A stretch of DNA of 64,000 nucleotides from the human T2T-CHM13v2.0 reference genome, Homo sapiens, in the NCBI RefSeq assembly GCF_009914755.1, contig NC_060944.1, one strand, 5' to 3'. Positions within the stretch are counted from its first letter, which is position 1. Every line of letters begins with the position of its first letter. Of this stretch, positions 14,512 through 27,394 are shown in pieces. The notes under the pieces are model-generated. The model saw nothing but the letters and a program-made list of their open reading frames with translations, did not search any database and was not told the origin of the DNA. Made by a program: the position numbers and the translations under genes.

Positions 14512-14871
14512 TGTGTGAGTCTGCTTAGGCTGCCGTCACAAACATCACGGACTGGGTGGCTTAAACAGAAATGTATTCTCATCTGGAGGCTGGAAGTTCA
14601 AGATCAAGTTGTCAGCAGGGCTGGTTTATCCTACACCTTTGGCTTGCCTTCTTACTGTCTTCATGGCCTTTTCTCTGTGCATATGAACTTCTGCTCTTTT
14701 CCTCTTCTTCTAAGGACACTAATCATATCAGATTAGGGCCCCACCCTTATGATCTATGACTCATTTAACCTTAATTACTTCTTTAAAGACCCTACCTCTA
14801 AATATAGCCACATTTGGGGGTGAGGGCTCCAGCATACATATTCTGGGGGAGACACAATTCATTCCATAGCA
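14512..14871 (-). mobile_element. MLT1A/B MaLR solo LTR
   Basis: ACTGGGTGGCTTAAACAGAAAT, CTGGAGGCTGGAAGTTCAAGATCAAG, CTCATTTAACCTTAATTAC, GACACAATTCATTCCATAGCA. Confidence 0.85.
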
Positions 14872-15005
14872 CTCAACCTCTCTAAGCCTCAATTGCCTCA
14901 TCTGTAAAAAGGAGATGATAATAAGGCTTGCTCCATGAAGATGGTGTAAAGATTAATTGGAATAAAGCAACTAAAATGCCCAGCCCAGTGTCTGAAACAT
15001 AGTAA
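14872..15005 (+). mobile_element. MIR 3' part
   Basis: AACCTCTCTAAGCCTCAATTGCCTCATCTGTAAAA...ACATAGTAAG. Confidence 0.75.
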
Positions 15006-15006
15006 G

Positions 15007-15542
15007 TTAAGTAAGCACTGCTGTGTAACAAATGACTCCAAGGCTTAGTGATCCAAGACAACCCCCATTCTACTATCTCTCACAATTTTATGGATTGGGA
15101 ATCTGGGCAGGGCTGGGTTGGGCAACTGTTCTGCTCCTCATGGCTCTAGGACAGTCCCTTTGTGTCTAGAAGGTAAGTTGGCTGGTTTGAAGGAGCTTCA
15201 CTTACATGTCTGGTGCATTGGTGGGGACAGCTGGAAGGCTGATCTTAGCTGGGATATTGATCAGAGTACCCACACGTGGCCTCTTCAGGATGACCAGCCC
15301 AGGGTAGTCAAACTTCTTACAAAGGTCAAAGCTCCCAGAGCAGGAGTCCCAGCAGTGGAAGTGGAAGCTGCCAGACACAGACACCTAAGGCCTGGCCCAG
15401 AAACTAGTATGGCAGCACTTCCACCATTTTCTACTGGCCAAGTGCCCACAGAGCCTCTCCAAATTCAGCAAGAAGGGACACAGACCCCACATCCCAACAA
15501 GAAGAGTAGCAAAGAATGTGTGGCCATCTTTAACCTACCACA
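15007..15542 (-). mobile_element. MLT1 (G/H-like) MaLR LTR
   Basis: GCTGTGTAACAAA, GGAATCTGGGCAGGGC, CACTTCCACCATTTTCTACTGG, GGCCATCTTTAACCTACCACA. Confidence 0.7.
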
Positions 15543-16251
15543 GCATCCAGGAAGTATTAACTATTGTCATTTTTCAAACATGGAAGGTAAAAAATGGGAG
15601 GCCACAAGAGTGGTGGGGTCCTTGGTGGTCTTTGACACCCGGAATAGAAAAGGGTGAGTTTTTGGTACTTTTAATGTTCAGAGCCTCTCCCCTCTCTCAT
15701 GACTCCACTACCTTACCCATCTCACGTCCAGTTTCAGGGACCCTTGCATCACACGAGTTAAACTTCAGCTTAAAGTTCCTGTTGAGTGCGGTGCCTGTCA
15801 AGAGCTGTTGGTGGGAGACACATGGGCTTTCAGAGATGCCCCGCCCTCCCTCATGAAGCTCGCATCCAGCCCAGGGAATAGGAAGATAAGCAGTGCTGTG
15901 CTGGTAGCCAGCTTTCTGGGGGATGGGAGGACCCCGACTTGTAACATTTGCTGATTTCCCTGGCATAAGTAAACCAGGACTGATTTCAAACTGCCAAAAT
16001 GACTTCGATGAACCCAGAGTTGAGAAGAGATTCCCAAAACTGGCTCTTGCAAGCTGATGCGTGCTTGTTCCAAAGATGGAAACAAGGCAGGGTCTGGTGA
16101 ATGCCAAGCATAAACTGCAGGAAAGAGTGGGTCCAGTTGGGGGTAGGATGACGGGGAGGAGGCATTCGGGATGAGGCTTGGAGAATGGGTAGAAATTACT
16201 GAAGGAGGACATTCCAAGCAGGAGGAACAGCATTAAAAAAGATCTAAAGGG

Positions 16252-16960
<709 letters not shown>

Positions 16961-17032
16961 AGATCTTGCTGGAAAAGGTGAGGTGGGCTCTAATGATGAA
17001 GGGACTTGAGAGCAAAGCTGGGGGGTTAACAT

Positions 17033-17408
17033 GGTTAAAAGAAAAACTTTAGACACATTTAACAAAGTTTAATTGAGCAAGGAAGAATTCTTGAATTGGG
17101 CAGCCCCCAAACCAGAATAGGTTCAGAGAGACTCCAGTGCTGCTACGTGGTCAGAGAGGATTTATGGACAGAAAAAAGAAAGCTGCAGCCAGAAGAAGGA
17201 AATGTGGTACAGAAACAGCCGGACCGGTTACAACTGGGAGTTTGTCTTACTTAACAGTTGGCCACTTGTGATTGGTTGAAGCTGGGTGATTGGCACAAGA
17301 GTAGGTTACAGTCTGTTTACACATCCAGCTAGGTTACAGTTCACTGTGTCTGGAGAAACCTTTAGGCCTAACTTACAAGATGCAGCTTTAGGCCAAACCT
17401 AAAAAACA
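17033..17408 (-). mobile_element. MER57 (ERV1) solo LTR
   Basis: GTTAAAAGAAAAACTTTAGACA, CCAGAATAGGTTCAGAGAGACTCCAG, GTAGGTTACAGTCTGTTTACACATCCAG, GGAGAAACCTTTAGGCC. Confidence 0.8.
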
Positions 17409-18039
17409 TTTACTACGGAGGGCGTCAGAAGGCTTTTGAGCAGGGATTGACATGATCTGGAAGGTGCATTGGAAGTGGGGTGAACTTGGAAAGTGGGACC
17501 CCCTGAAAGGAGACAAGGAGGTGGGACTGCCGATGGAGCAGAGGAGAGTGGGCCCAGCTGCATAGATTGGCTCTACCGTGGAGATGTCAAAGGTGTGGGC
17601 TGCGAGGCTGAAAGCCAGGATAGGGGATGATTTGCCCGGAGGAGCTGTTCTCCAGGGAAATCAGAAATCTTCATGGTCAAGTCTTGAAAAGTTTTGGTCT
17701 CCAGACAAAGGTTTCCAGTGGCAGCTCCTGGGGAGAATCTGGAAGCTAGGGACTTCCCCAAGGCCTTCTTTCCAGTAAGCAGCCCCCTGCAGCCACCGCA
17801 CAGACCCCCTCAGGCCTCAGGTCCCTCTTGGGCCCGTCTCCACTGTGACAAGGGGAAGCCAGGACAGGGAAAGCTCACGGTGAGTTTGAACTTGAGATGC
17901 CTGGGGCTGGCAGATCAGTGCTTTGTTCCTCTGTCCTGTAGTATTCCACCAACCCCCTGGCACTGTCCTGAATGACACGTGTGTTCCTTACACACGTGCC
18001 ATGCTCTACAGCCCATCTAGTGCGTCGGGAGGCAGCATC

Positions 18040-18180
18040 CCATTTAATCCATGCACATCCTGTCTGAGAGTCGCTATTTATAAGCCCATTTCATAGGTGA
18101 AGGAGCTGAGGCCCAAAGAGGTGAGAGACTTCAACAGGCAGTATGTGGCAGAACGAGGGCTCACAGGGCCTAACGCTTGC
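18040..18180 (-). mobile_element. MIR fragment
   Basis: CCCATTTCATAGGTGAAGGAGCTGAGGCCCAAAGAGG. Confidence 0.65.
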
Positions 18181-18226
18181 GCCTTGGAAGGTTCAGCCTG
18201 TCTGGGGACACAAAACTTGCACTCAC

Positions 18227-18261
18227 GAAATAACTGGAGGGAAATAACTGGAGGGAAATAA
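18227..18261. repeat. 14-bp tandem duplication (GAAATAACTGGAGG x2.5)
   Basis: Identical units at 18227 and 18241, partial unit at 18255. Confidence 0.9.
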
Positions 18262-19124
18262 AGAAGAGCTCTTTCTGGGGTCTTTTCCAACTCAACAACC
18301 CTGACGACCCCGGCTCTAGAAAAGTCCCTTGGGGAACCCTGCCAGGACAACCTGTTTCATCTCTAAGTGTTTATTACACAAACATATCTCTTATCCTTGA
18401 TCCAAATGAAATCACCGCCATTCATATGTAACCAGGATATAACTGGGCCATGCTGGGGCCCATCTAAACACAGTGGCCTTTGAATAAACACAGACCTCTC
18501 CCAAAGCCCTGAAAACCTTTTTTTTTCTCAAGTCTCTTGAGCAGGCAAACATAGAAGGAGAGGAAAGAGTTGGGGGTGGGGAGCCATGTGCCAAACCCAA
18601 CGCTGCCCACTGCAAACTTCTTACAGAGTCCTTCTGTCCGTCTCTGTCTCCAAAGCCCACGCCACAGGGCAGGGGCTCACCCAGCCCTCCCTCTCACCCT
18701 CAAACTCTCCGCCCTGCCAGCGTCCTGTCTCACTCCCCCTTCTCCCTCCTCCCCCTCCTACAAGCCCTCTTCCAGAGGTTTCCCTTCTGAGAGCAGCTCT
18801 AGAGGCTTTATTTTGAAAATCAAGGTAGCCCATTACCCCAGTTAGCACAACGAAGGGCTGGGTTAGGAAGTGGGTGCCTCCTCCAGAGGCCAAGGGAGAG
18901 GGGAAGTGTTTGTGGAAGTCCCTTCTTTTACCAGGTGTGGTGAAAAAGATGCTGAGCGGCAGCTAAGGGTACCTGGACTTAGCTCAGTCATTAAGTGTGC
19001 GACCTTGAGTAGGTGATTTCACCCTTGGACCTAAGAATAGAAACTGGGTATAGTGGCTCCTCCCTGAGGAGAGTACAGGGAAGAGAGACGCAGTGAACTT
19101 TGAACCCACTAGGTTTGGAGATGA

Positions 19125-19665
19125 AGAGTGGTTCCTGCCAATGGCACAGCCTTCATCTGATCATAAGGAAACAGACAGACCTGAACTTGAGAGCATTTCC
19201 TGAAACAATGGGTCCTTTAAAATGCCAGGGCCATGAAGGACAAAGGAAAAAGACCAAGAGACAAGACAGTGGAGGGCAGGGTGTAATCCGGGATCAAATC
19301 CTTGACGTGGGGAGGGAGTTTCTATAAGGGACTGTACATCAGATAGTAGCTATGAGTCAGTGTTCTATCTCTTGAATTTGATAAATTGCACCGCAGGTGT
19401 GTAAGAAGATGTCTTCATGTTTAGGAGATAGATGCTGAAATATTTAACGATAAAGGGGCAGGAGGTCTCCAACTTTCTAAAGTGTTTCAGAAATTAATAA
19501 CAGTTTGCGTATATATATGTGAATACGTGTATATACACACATATATAAGAGAGAGAGGCAAATGTTACAAGTTGGGAAACCTGGATGATTTTTGTCTCGT
19601 TTTTATAAGTTTTTTTCTAAGTGTGAAAGTATTTCAAAACAAAAAGTTAAAAAATAAAAATTGAA
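19125..19665 (+). mobile_element. L1MC5-like 3' fragment
   Basis: ATCTGATCATAAGGAAACAGACAGAC, GATGCTGAAATATTTA, GTGTGAAAGTATTTCAAAACAAAAAGTT. Confidence 0.6.
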
Positions 19666-19734
19666 AAAAGCAGCGATACATAAGCGCTCTGAGTTTTATG
19701 AATTTTAATCAATTAAAGAAGCTTGTTGTTACTC

Positions 19735-19820
19735 CATTCAGTCATTCATTCAACAAATATTGGCTGAGCTCCTACTCTGTGTGGGACACTGTGCTAGGTG
19801 TCAGGATGCAGCGAACAAAA
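19735..19820 (-). mobile_element. L2 3' end
   Basis: CATTCATTCAACAAATATT...CTACTCTGTG...ACTGTGCTAGGTG. Confidence 0.75.
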
Positions 19821-19859
19821 GGCCCGGCCTAGCGACCAGACCAAGGTTGGGTCTGCAGT

Positions 19860-20222
19860 GCATTCCAGGGGCCTCCCCATAACCCCCAACCCCTCCCGCT
19901 TTGAGACCCAGGCTCTCCTTGCCCTAGAGGCCAGGCTGTCCCTGCTGCCAGGGGGCCCTTCCTGAGAACTGCCCTCACCTGAAGAGACCCACTTTGACCA
20001 AGCTTATGTCCCCTCCTGGCATCCAATGTCTGGTCATTTGGGCCCCCTTGCCTGGACTGGAATAACTCCAAAGACTATCCCAGCTTCAGATCTCCCACAG
20101 GGCCAGCTCCAGCCCTCATGGTGACAACATCGCAGTTCAACTCCTCCCTCTGCCCAAGAGCACTGTCCGAAAACTTCCTGCATATAACCTCTGTCTCAGA
20201 GTTTGTGTCCGAGGAACATGGT
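19860..20222 (+). mobile_element. LTR16-group ERVL LTR
   Basis: CTGAGAACTGCCCTCA, CCCCTTGCCT, TCCTGCATATAACCTCTGTCTCAGAGTTTG. Confidence 0.55.
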
Positions 20223-20224
20223 CA

Positions 20225-20620
20225 TTACAGAGTCCCAACAGGAAACAAATGTCACAATCAAATTAAGAGAATTCCAGATGACTTATTAAAAGGACTGTTT
20301 ACAAAGGTATGGGCAGGGTGTATAAGACCACCAAGAAAAATGCAGTGACCTGGGGCTAGGAACAATTAAGCCTTTACCAAAGGAGATAGCTACGTGGAAA
20401 AGGCAACCGTTGGCGGAGTAAGGTCCTTCAGCTGAGACTCAGCCAGCCCGAGATGACCCAGCAGAGACGGAGCCACAGGAATAAGCAAATGCCTTTCCTC
20501 ACTCTCCTCGTCCCCTTCCTGCTACTCCTGCCCGGGCCCCCCATTGGCCACACCCAGCCGGAAGTCTGAAGAAGGATGAGGGTGGCTCTGGTGGCGGACG
20601 GAAGACCTCAGTACAGAGTC
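20225..20620 (-). mobile_element. LTR41-like ERVL LTR
   Basis: GTCCCAACAGGAAACA, GGACTGTTTACAAAGGTATGGGCAGGGTGTA, CCCCATTGGCCA. Confidence 0.6.
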
Positions 20621-20634
20621 CCATACAGCACCCG

Positions 20635-20785
20635 AGCTTGACCCCTCTGGGAGTGTCTGATGAAAGCTCTGGACTCTCCCCAGGAAATGGATCATAAATA
20701 CACACACACAATTTTACACTTAATTTTAAGGAATTCATGGCTGCTCTCCCAGGAAGCCCAGGCACCCGAGATTAAACACCACAGT
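20635..20785 (+). mobile_element. MER117-like (hAT-Charlie)
   Basis: GACCCCTCTGGGAGTGTCTGATGAAAGCT...CTCCCCAGGAAATG...ATTTTACACTTAATTTT. Confidence 0.6.
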
Positions 20786-21412
20786 GCTATGAAGTGGTAG
20801 AAGCAGAGGCACAAAACACGGGTGATTGAAGAAGGGAAGAGAAAAGCAGAAAGAAAGGGAGGGGCACTGATGTCCTCATCTTACAGAGCTGGGAATCAGC
20901 GACTGCTGTCAGAAGAGGAAATGCTCATGCAGGAGTCAAAAATAGTCATGAAAGTTCAGACATTGGGAGCAGTGAGCTAAATGCTCATCTTAGGTATTGG
21001 GGAGTGAATAGCTGTTGTCTAAAGATGGTAACTGAGGAACGGAGGTATAAGTATGTGATTTGGAGTGTGGAGAAAATCCATAAACAGCAACTGGCAAAAG
21101 ATGCTGTCTTGGGGGAGTAGGACTGGGAGTGAACAGGGGCAAGTACAGCAGGAGAGACACGATTGCTTTTCATTGTAAGCCTTTCTGATGTAACTGAGTT
21201 GTTGCCACTATATAACACACACACACACACACGCACACACATATGTGTCTGTGTGTGTATATATATAACTTTGATAAGTATAATTTTTGTAAAGAAACCT
21301 TTCCCTATTAGGATCTTCCAGCACGTCTAACCTCACAAGGCCTCAGAGCCAGTTCAACACACATACCCTTCCAGCAGACTGGCCTGTGCCCACCTGCAGA
21401 GCAGAAGTGGCC

Positions 21413-21946
21413 CTGCTTCAGCCACCTATTTCTGAGTCACAAAATACTCTGAAACTTGGTGACTCAAAACGACAAAAATGTATCATTTCTCTCCATTCTG
21501 TGGGTTGACCGGGTGTTTCCTTTGCTTTGCCTAGTGTTAGCTGGGACCCTGGGATGGCTGGAAGGTTACAGAATTGCCTCACTCACATGGCTCCACCGGG
21601 CTACTGGCTGGGGATCTGCGGAGCTGTTGACTGGCAGCCTTGGTTCCTCTGTGTGGGCCTCTCCACTTGGCTGTCTGGGCTTCCTCACAGAATGGCAGTG
21701 AGGGTCCAAGAAGGAGCCATTAAAGAAGTAAAGGCAGAAGCTGAAAATGACTGAAACCATTATACTTATATAGCATCACTTGCACTGCATTCTACTCATT
21801 AAAAGAAGTCAAAGGTCACCTCAGGTCCAAGAGCAGGGAATTAGATTCAATCTCTGAATGATAGCAGTGGCAGAAACAGGAATGCTTCATGGCAGAGGGA
21901 AAATACTCCACAGGATGCTCCCATTGCTCCAACAATTCTGCCACCA
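21413..21946 (-). mobile_element. MLT1 (G/H-like) MaLR LTR
   Basis: TTCTGTGGGTTGAC, CTCACTCACATGGCT, GTGGGCCTCTCCAC...GGGCTTCCTCACAG, CACTGCATTCTA. Confidence 0.7.
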
Positions 21947-22348
21947 GCCACACCTCCACGGACTGCCTGCTGGAGACTTCCCATCCAAACTTGTGCTTCT
22001 GCACACGTCCCAGCCCTCTCAGATGCATCCTCTCTCTCAGTCTTCTCTGTCCCGTGCAACCCATGGTTCTAGATTGACATGGTCACCTTGGCTTTCGGTG
22101 TTTTTATTGTTATCTTAACCTTCATCAGATTTTATTATTTATTTATTTTTTTAAATTTATAATCATCTTCTTGGAGAATGATTCACCAAATTTTAAAATC
22201 CCAGACAATATAAACTAAGTCTTCTAAAATACTCTGTATATCCTACTGAACATCATTTCCATCCCTCCCACTGAGAATTATAGTGAACAGATGCAATCAA
22301 TGTTTAAATTATGTATCTATGAATATGTAATTTATATATCCATACTTA

Positions 22349-22463
22349 CAAGGCTGCCACATTGCATAACTCCAGGGAGGCACTTTTATGTTATAGGCTA
22401 TGCAAATGGTGTCCCCTGGAGGTATGCAGTACGCAGCTCATACAACTGAACATGGCCTTCCTG
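22349..22463. mobile_element. MER91B-like palindromic MITE (hAT-Tip100)
   Basis: TGCATAACTCCAGGGAGGCAC ... GTGTCCCCTGGAGGTATGCA internal palindrome. Confidence 0.6.
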
Positions 22464-22527
22464 GATATGGATGCTTGGTAAGAGCATATCTTTTATTCGA
22501 CCTCTCTAGTGCATACTCATTTTAGGG

Positions 22528-22677
22528 CAGTGGCTCTCAATCTGCACATTATAATCACCTGGGCAGGCCACACTGCCAAGCACTAAAATCTGAATCACCT
22601 CGTGGTGGGACCCAGGCATTGGCGTATTTAAAGTTCCCTAGGTGATTTTAACATGTAGTCAAGGTTTAGAACCAGTA
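22528..22677. mobile_element. MER5-family element
   Basis: CAGTGGCTCTCAA...AATCACCTGGG...CCTAGGTGATTTTAACATG...TTTAGAACCA. Confidence 0.65.
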
Positions 22678-23614
22678 CTCTCAGGGGATGCGTACAGAAT
22701 CCTTGAAAAGGGTTTTGTCTTTGGTAAAAGTGTAAAAATAATTGGCATTCATGTATAGAAAAAAAATAGAAAGTTGCAGGAAACTCTAAAAAACAAAATA
22801 AAACAAAACCAGTTCCATGCACTGAAGAAAATCCCTGTTGGGGTTTTTCTTTCTTTTCTCCATGAATATCCTTTGCCCCCTGCAGTCACACAGTGCAGAA
22901 AGCTTTGCTGGGCTTCACCCTGCCTCTCACTTCAGGTGGGAGGTGGAGAGGGATCATGGGGCTGTTGTTGGTGAACTTTGCTTTTCCCTCTGGCCTTAGG
23001 CCAAAAATGTGAAACTTTTTTGTTTGCAGAGATTGTCCTGTTCATCCCTTAAACAACCTTTCCTGGCCCAACGGACACTGTAGGACTTAGCTGGGTCAAT
23101 GTCATGGTCTATACCTTCTGTGGCCTAAGCTGGCTCCAGACATTGGAGAGAGAATTGTATTAGCCTTGCTGGGCCTCGGCCCTGCCTTCTCCATGGGACA
23201 TCTCCAGTGCAGGACCCTGGCTGATGGCCAGGCCTCTGCACATCCATTCTGTCATTATCCGGAGCAACCGCCCGCACCTCAGCCCCAAGTCTCCCACCTC
23301 ATTTTGTTGGGTCCCTTGTTCCTGACCGGATACCTAGTCTGGTTCTCCTCTTCCTCTCCTAGGAACTTGCTTGCTCCTTTGGGAACTCTGAGCCTCAGAC
23401 CTGGCAGAGCAGGAGTGTTACCCACTGGCAACATCCAGCTGGCCCCATCGCTGACCACCTACGACCTTTGGGACGTTTGGCTCCTTATCTTGACCCTGGG
23501 CTTGACCTGCTATTGCTGCACCATCAGAGAGAACCTTCCTCAGCAGCCAGCCCCGGAGTTCCTCTACTCCCACCTCCACCCTGGCTCTGGCCCCGCCTTC
23601 TGTGATGTGAGGGA

Positions 23615-24080
23615 TTCATGAGTGCATTTGCTCTCTCCACAAATGTTTACTGAAAGCCAATTATGCACCAGGCACGGCGCTTGGTGCCCACATTAGAAGA
23701 GGTTCCTCCCTCCTGGAGCAGACAGCGAATACACTGTCCCTGAGAGGGGTGTTACCAGGTGATAGGACCCTGCCTGAGATTTGGCGACCACTTCCCAGAG
23801 GAAAAGGGGCTGGGAGCCAAGACATGCAGGATGATGAGTAGCTGATGGGGTAAGGGAGCAAAAGCCTTCCAGAGAGAGGGAATGGCACATCCAAGGGTCT
23901 GTGCGGAGGCTGGAGGGAGGCCATCGTGGTGGGGTCTCTCCAAGCCAGAGAGTAGAACCAGGTGAGGCTGTGAGGTGGGCCGGGCCAGAGCACTAGATCC
24001 TGTGGGCCAAGCAAGATCTTAGTTGGCCTTCCAAGACCCTTCCACGGTTTCTAGGCAAGAGAGTGACACAATCAGACACA
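23615..24080 (-). mobile_element. L2 fragment
   Basis: ACAAATGTTTACTGA...GCACCAGGCAC; GAGTGACACAATCAGA; highly diverged. Confidence 0.5.
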
Positions 24081-24263
24081 CCCACTGATCAAACTATCCA
24101 GCTACAGATGCAGGAGACACCATTAAACACTCCCCTTGTATCATCTGTGGAAGGAGACAGACACTGGGAATGTGATTTGCCTGCCAGGATGGGAACTGGG
24201 TCACCCACTGAGGGGCAAGAGAAGAAGAAAGACTCCAGTGTGTGTATGTTCGTACACCTTCTT

Positions 24264-24550
24264 TGCCAGGCATGGTGGCTCACTTCTGTAATTCCACTGC
24301 TTTGGGAGGCTGAGATGGGAGGATTGCTTGAGGCCAGGAGTTCAAAACTAGCCTGGGCAACATAGTGAGACCCCACCCCTAAAAAAATAGAAAACAATTA
24401 GCTGAGTGCATTGGCACACATCTGTAGTCCTAGGTACTCAGGAGGCTGAAGTAAGAGGATCACTTGAGCCCAGGAGTTCAAGGCTGCAGTGAACTATGAT
24501 TGAGCCACTGCACTCCAGCCTAGAGGACAGAGTGAGACCCATCTCTAAAA
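24264..24550 (+). mobile_element. AluJ
   Basis: GGAGGATTGCTTGAGGCCAGGAGTTC, GGGCAACATAGTGAGACCCC. Confidence 0.9.
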
Positions 24551-24618
24551 AGGACACACATGCACACAAATAGAATAAAAATTATGATTAATCTTGTCCC
24601 TTCAAAAAAGCTTGACTT

Positions 24619-24992
24619 TGCTATGGTTTGAAGGTTTGTCTCCTTTGAAATTCATCTTAAAACTTAATTCCTAATATGGCAGCATTGAGAGGTGGGGCCT
24701 TTAAAAAGGGACTGGATCATGAGGGCCATTCGTGTATTAATAGGTTCTTGGGTTATCATGGCGGTCGGTCATTAAAAAGCCAGCTTGACTCTTGCTCCTA
24801 CCTCTGCCACAAGATCCCCTGCAGCACCTCAGGACTCTGCAGAAGAAGGCCACCAGCAAGAAGACCCTCACCAGATGCAGCTCCTCAGCCTTGAACTTCC
24901 CAGCTCCAGAACTGTAAGAAATAAATTTCATTTCTTTACAAATTACCCAGTCTCAGATATTCAGTTATAGCAACAGAAAACTGACTAATACA
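24619..24992 (+). mobile_element. MST (C/D-like) MaLR solo LTR
   Basis: TGCTATGGTTTG start; CACCAGCAAGAAG.CCCTCACCAGATGC; GAAATAAATTTC; ACTAATACA end. Confidence 0.85.
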
Positions 24993-24994
24993 AG

Positions 24995-25990
24995 CCCGAA
25001 TCTCTTCCTGAAGAGCAATTAGTCAAATCCAAATTGAGGCACGGTCTGTCAAACAAATGACTGAATGCTTTGAAATATCAGTGTCATGAAAGACAAGACA
25101 GGCCCAAAGGTGGCTCCAGGTGAGAGGAGCTTGAGCGGAGGCACAATGGAGGGAGGCGGGTCTTGACTGGATAAAAAGGGACATGGACATGACAAGGACA
25201 ACTTGCAACATTTGGACATGGGCCATGTAAAGAGACCAGGCTTGTATCTACATTAAATTCATTGAGGGTGGTCATGGTTTCGTTCTTATGTGAGAAAATG
25301 CTCACTATCTTAGAAAAGACATGTGGAAATATCTGGATAAAATCTCAAGATATCTCCGCAACTATTCTCAAATATAGAAAGAAACAAAAAGGCCTGGTGC
25401 AGTGGCTCACATGTGTCATCCCAGTGCTTTGGGAGGCCAAGACAGGGCGATTGCTTGAGGCCAGGAGTTTGAGACCAGCATAGGCAACATAGTGAGACCC
25501 CATCTCTATAAAGAATAAAAAAATTAGCCAGCTGTGGTAGTGCACATCTGTAGTCCCGGCTACTCAGGAGCCTGAGGCAGGAGGATCGCTTGAGCCAGGA
25601 GTTCAAGGTTGCAGTGAGCTATGATCATGCCACCATACTCCAGCCTGGGAAACAGTGAGACCCTATCTCTAAAAATATAAATAAATAAAAAGAGAGGGAA
25701 ATGATAAAAAAGGAAAGAAAGAAGGTGGGGTAGGGAGAGAAAGAGAAAGAAGAAAGGAAATAAAAAAAGAAAGAGAAGAAAAGTGATAGGGGAGAGGAGA
25801 GAAGGGAAGGAAAGATACTGATTTTTTTTTTTTGACCAATGAATATGTTTATATAGAGATATAGCAAATGTGGCAAAATATTAACTGCTGGTAAATTTCA
25901 TAGTTATTATTCTTGCAAGTTTTCTATGGCTTAAAATTTTTCAAGATGAAAAGTCTGGGAAAATTAAGATGAACATAAAATAAAAACACT
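24995..25990 (+). mobile_element. Old L1M 3' fragments, split by AluJ
   Basis: CAAATCCAAATTGAGG, GTGTCATGAAAGACAA, AGCAAATGTGGCAAAATATTAAC. Confidence 0.5.
25391..25690 (+). mobile_element. AluJ (followed by purine-rich low-complexity tract to ~25815)
   Basis: Dimeric Alu with J-type GGAGGATCGCTTGAGCC. Confidence 0.9.
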
Positions 25991-26869
25991 TTTTAAACAA
26001 TTGTTTATGATTGGAAAAAAAGAATCTGACTGTTGACAGATTCCAGGACCACGGCAACTCTTCATATTTTAAGAATAAACAAATCTCTCCCATTTAGCCT
26101 GGTGGCTGGGTGATCTATCCCCACCCCTACGGATGACAGGATGTAAAAATCACTTACTTTGGACTCCACGAAATGGGTGAAACACCCCACTGTGAAGACG
26201 CTGGGGGAGCTACGTATTCAGAGGACTCTCGGTTCTTTTCAAGCATATAGACATTTCCAACAGTGTAATGTCCTGACCTTTCTCACATGCCAAGCTAAAG
26301 TCATTTTTCTTTGAATAAGCTGAGATTTAGAAAAAGAAAACAATGATCCAGGTGGCCTTTAAAGAGTGAATGTTATAAAGAGCATTTCCCGCACTGGGGC
26401 TGGGGGCTAGGGTGAGGGCTGGCGGTCTGGATCACATGGGTTCCAATGGCGCTGCTCCCATCACGTGCAGCAGCAGCCGGCCTCACCCGGGAATCAGAGC
26501 CTGGACTGGCCACTGTGTTGCCTTTACTCTTAGAACTGGAGATAATGAAAACTAGAACTCATTACATCTGTAGGTGCCCGACATCGAGTGTGCCATGTGG
26601 GCATGGGTCTCGGGAAAGGAGCATTTTGACGGTGCTCCTAAGAACCCAAAGGAAGACAGTGGCCCAGGGAGTGGTGTTCTGGTTGGCTGATAGGGCCTGC
26701 AGTGGGTGTGCACGCAGCCATGGCTTCCAGGGGAGCCATGAGATGCAATGAGAATGGGGGACACTGACAATGCTCTTGATCCCACCCTCTCAGGCCACCC
26801 GACTGCTCTTAGTGCTGCCGGAGCATCTGAGACACGTGCAGGTTCTGGTTTCTGATGACAGCATCCCTA

Positions 26870-27030
26870 GGGAGCCAAGAGTTCAGGCTCTGGAGTTGAG
26901 AGCTGGTTCAAATTCTACACTTGTTACCTGCAGACTGGGACTTGGGAAGGCTGAACCTCTCCAAGCCTGTCTTCCTCAACCCTGAGATGGGTAGAAGGAG
27001 GAGTGCGCTGATGATTAAACGAGACGAAGC
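26870..27030 (+). mobile_element. MIR fragment
   Basis: CAGGCTCTGGAGT...GGTTCAAATTCT...AACCTCTCCAAGCCT. Confidence 0.55.
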
Positions 27031-27394
27031 CTCTTACTCTTATACATGGTGCAGATCGGAGCCCCCAGCGGGTGCCCCACAGGTGGTAGCCCAGCCAGGA
27101 AGCTGACCAGGGCAGCAACCTGGAAATATGACAAGATGGAGCAAATCACACTCCCCAGAGATTGGAAGGAGCACTTTGTCCAACTGTGGGGATGAAGACG
27201 GGGCGGAGCAGTACCAAGCATCACTAGGCTGCCTTCTGGGGAGAGAAGGACTCTGTAACTGGAGGGCCTTTCCTTTTCTGAGTAGAGTTTCCAAGTTTGG
27301 ATTCTGAACTGAACCACCTGAGAAGATAATGCTGAGGCAAAGGCGCATCCAGCCGTTTCACTCCTCTCCGCCTCCCTTCTAAATACCATCAGGC

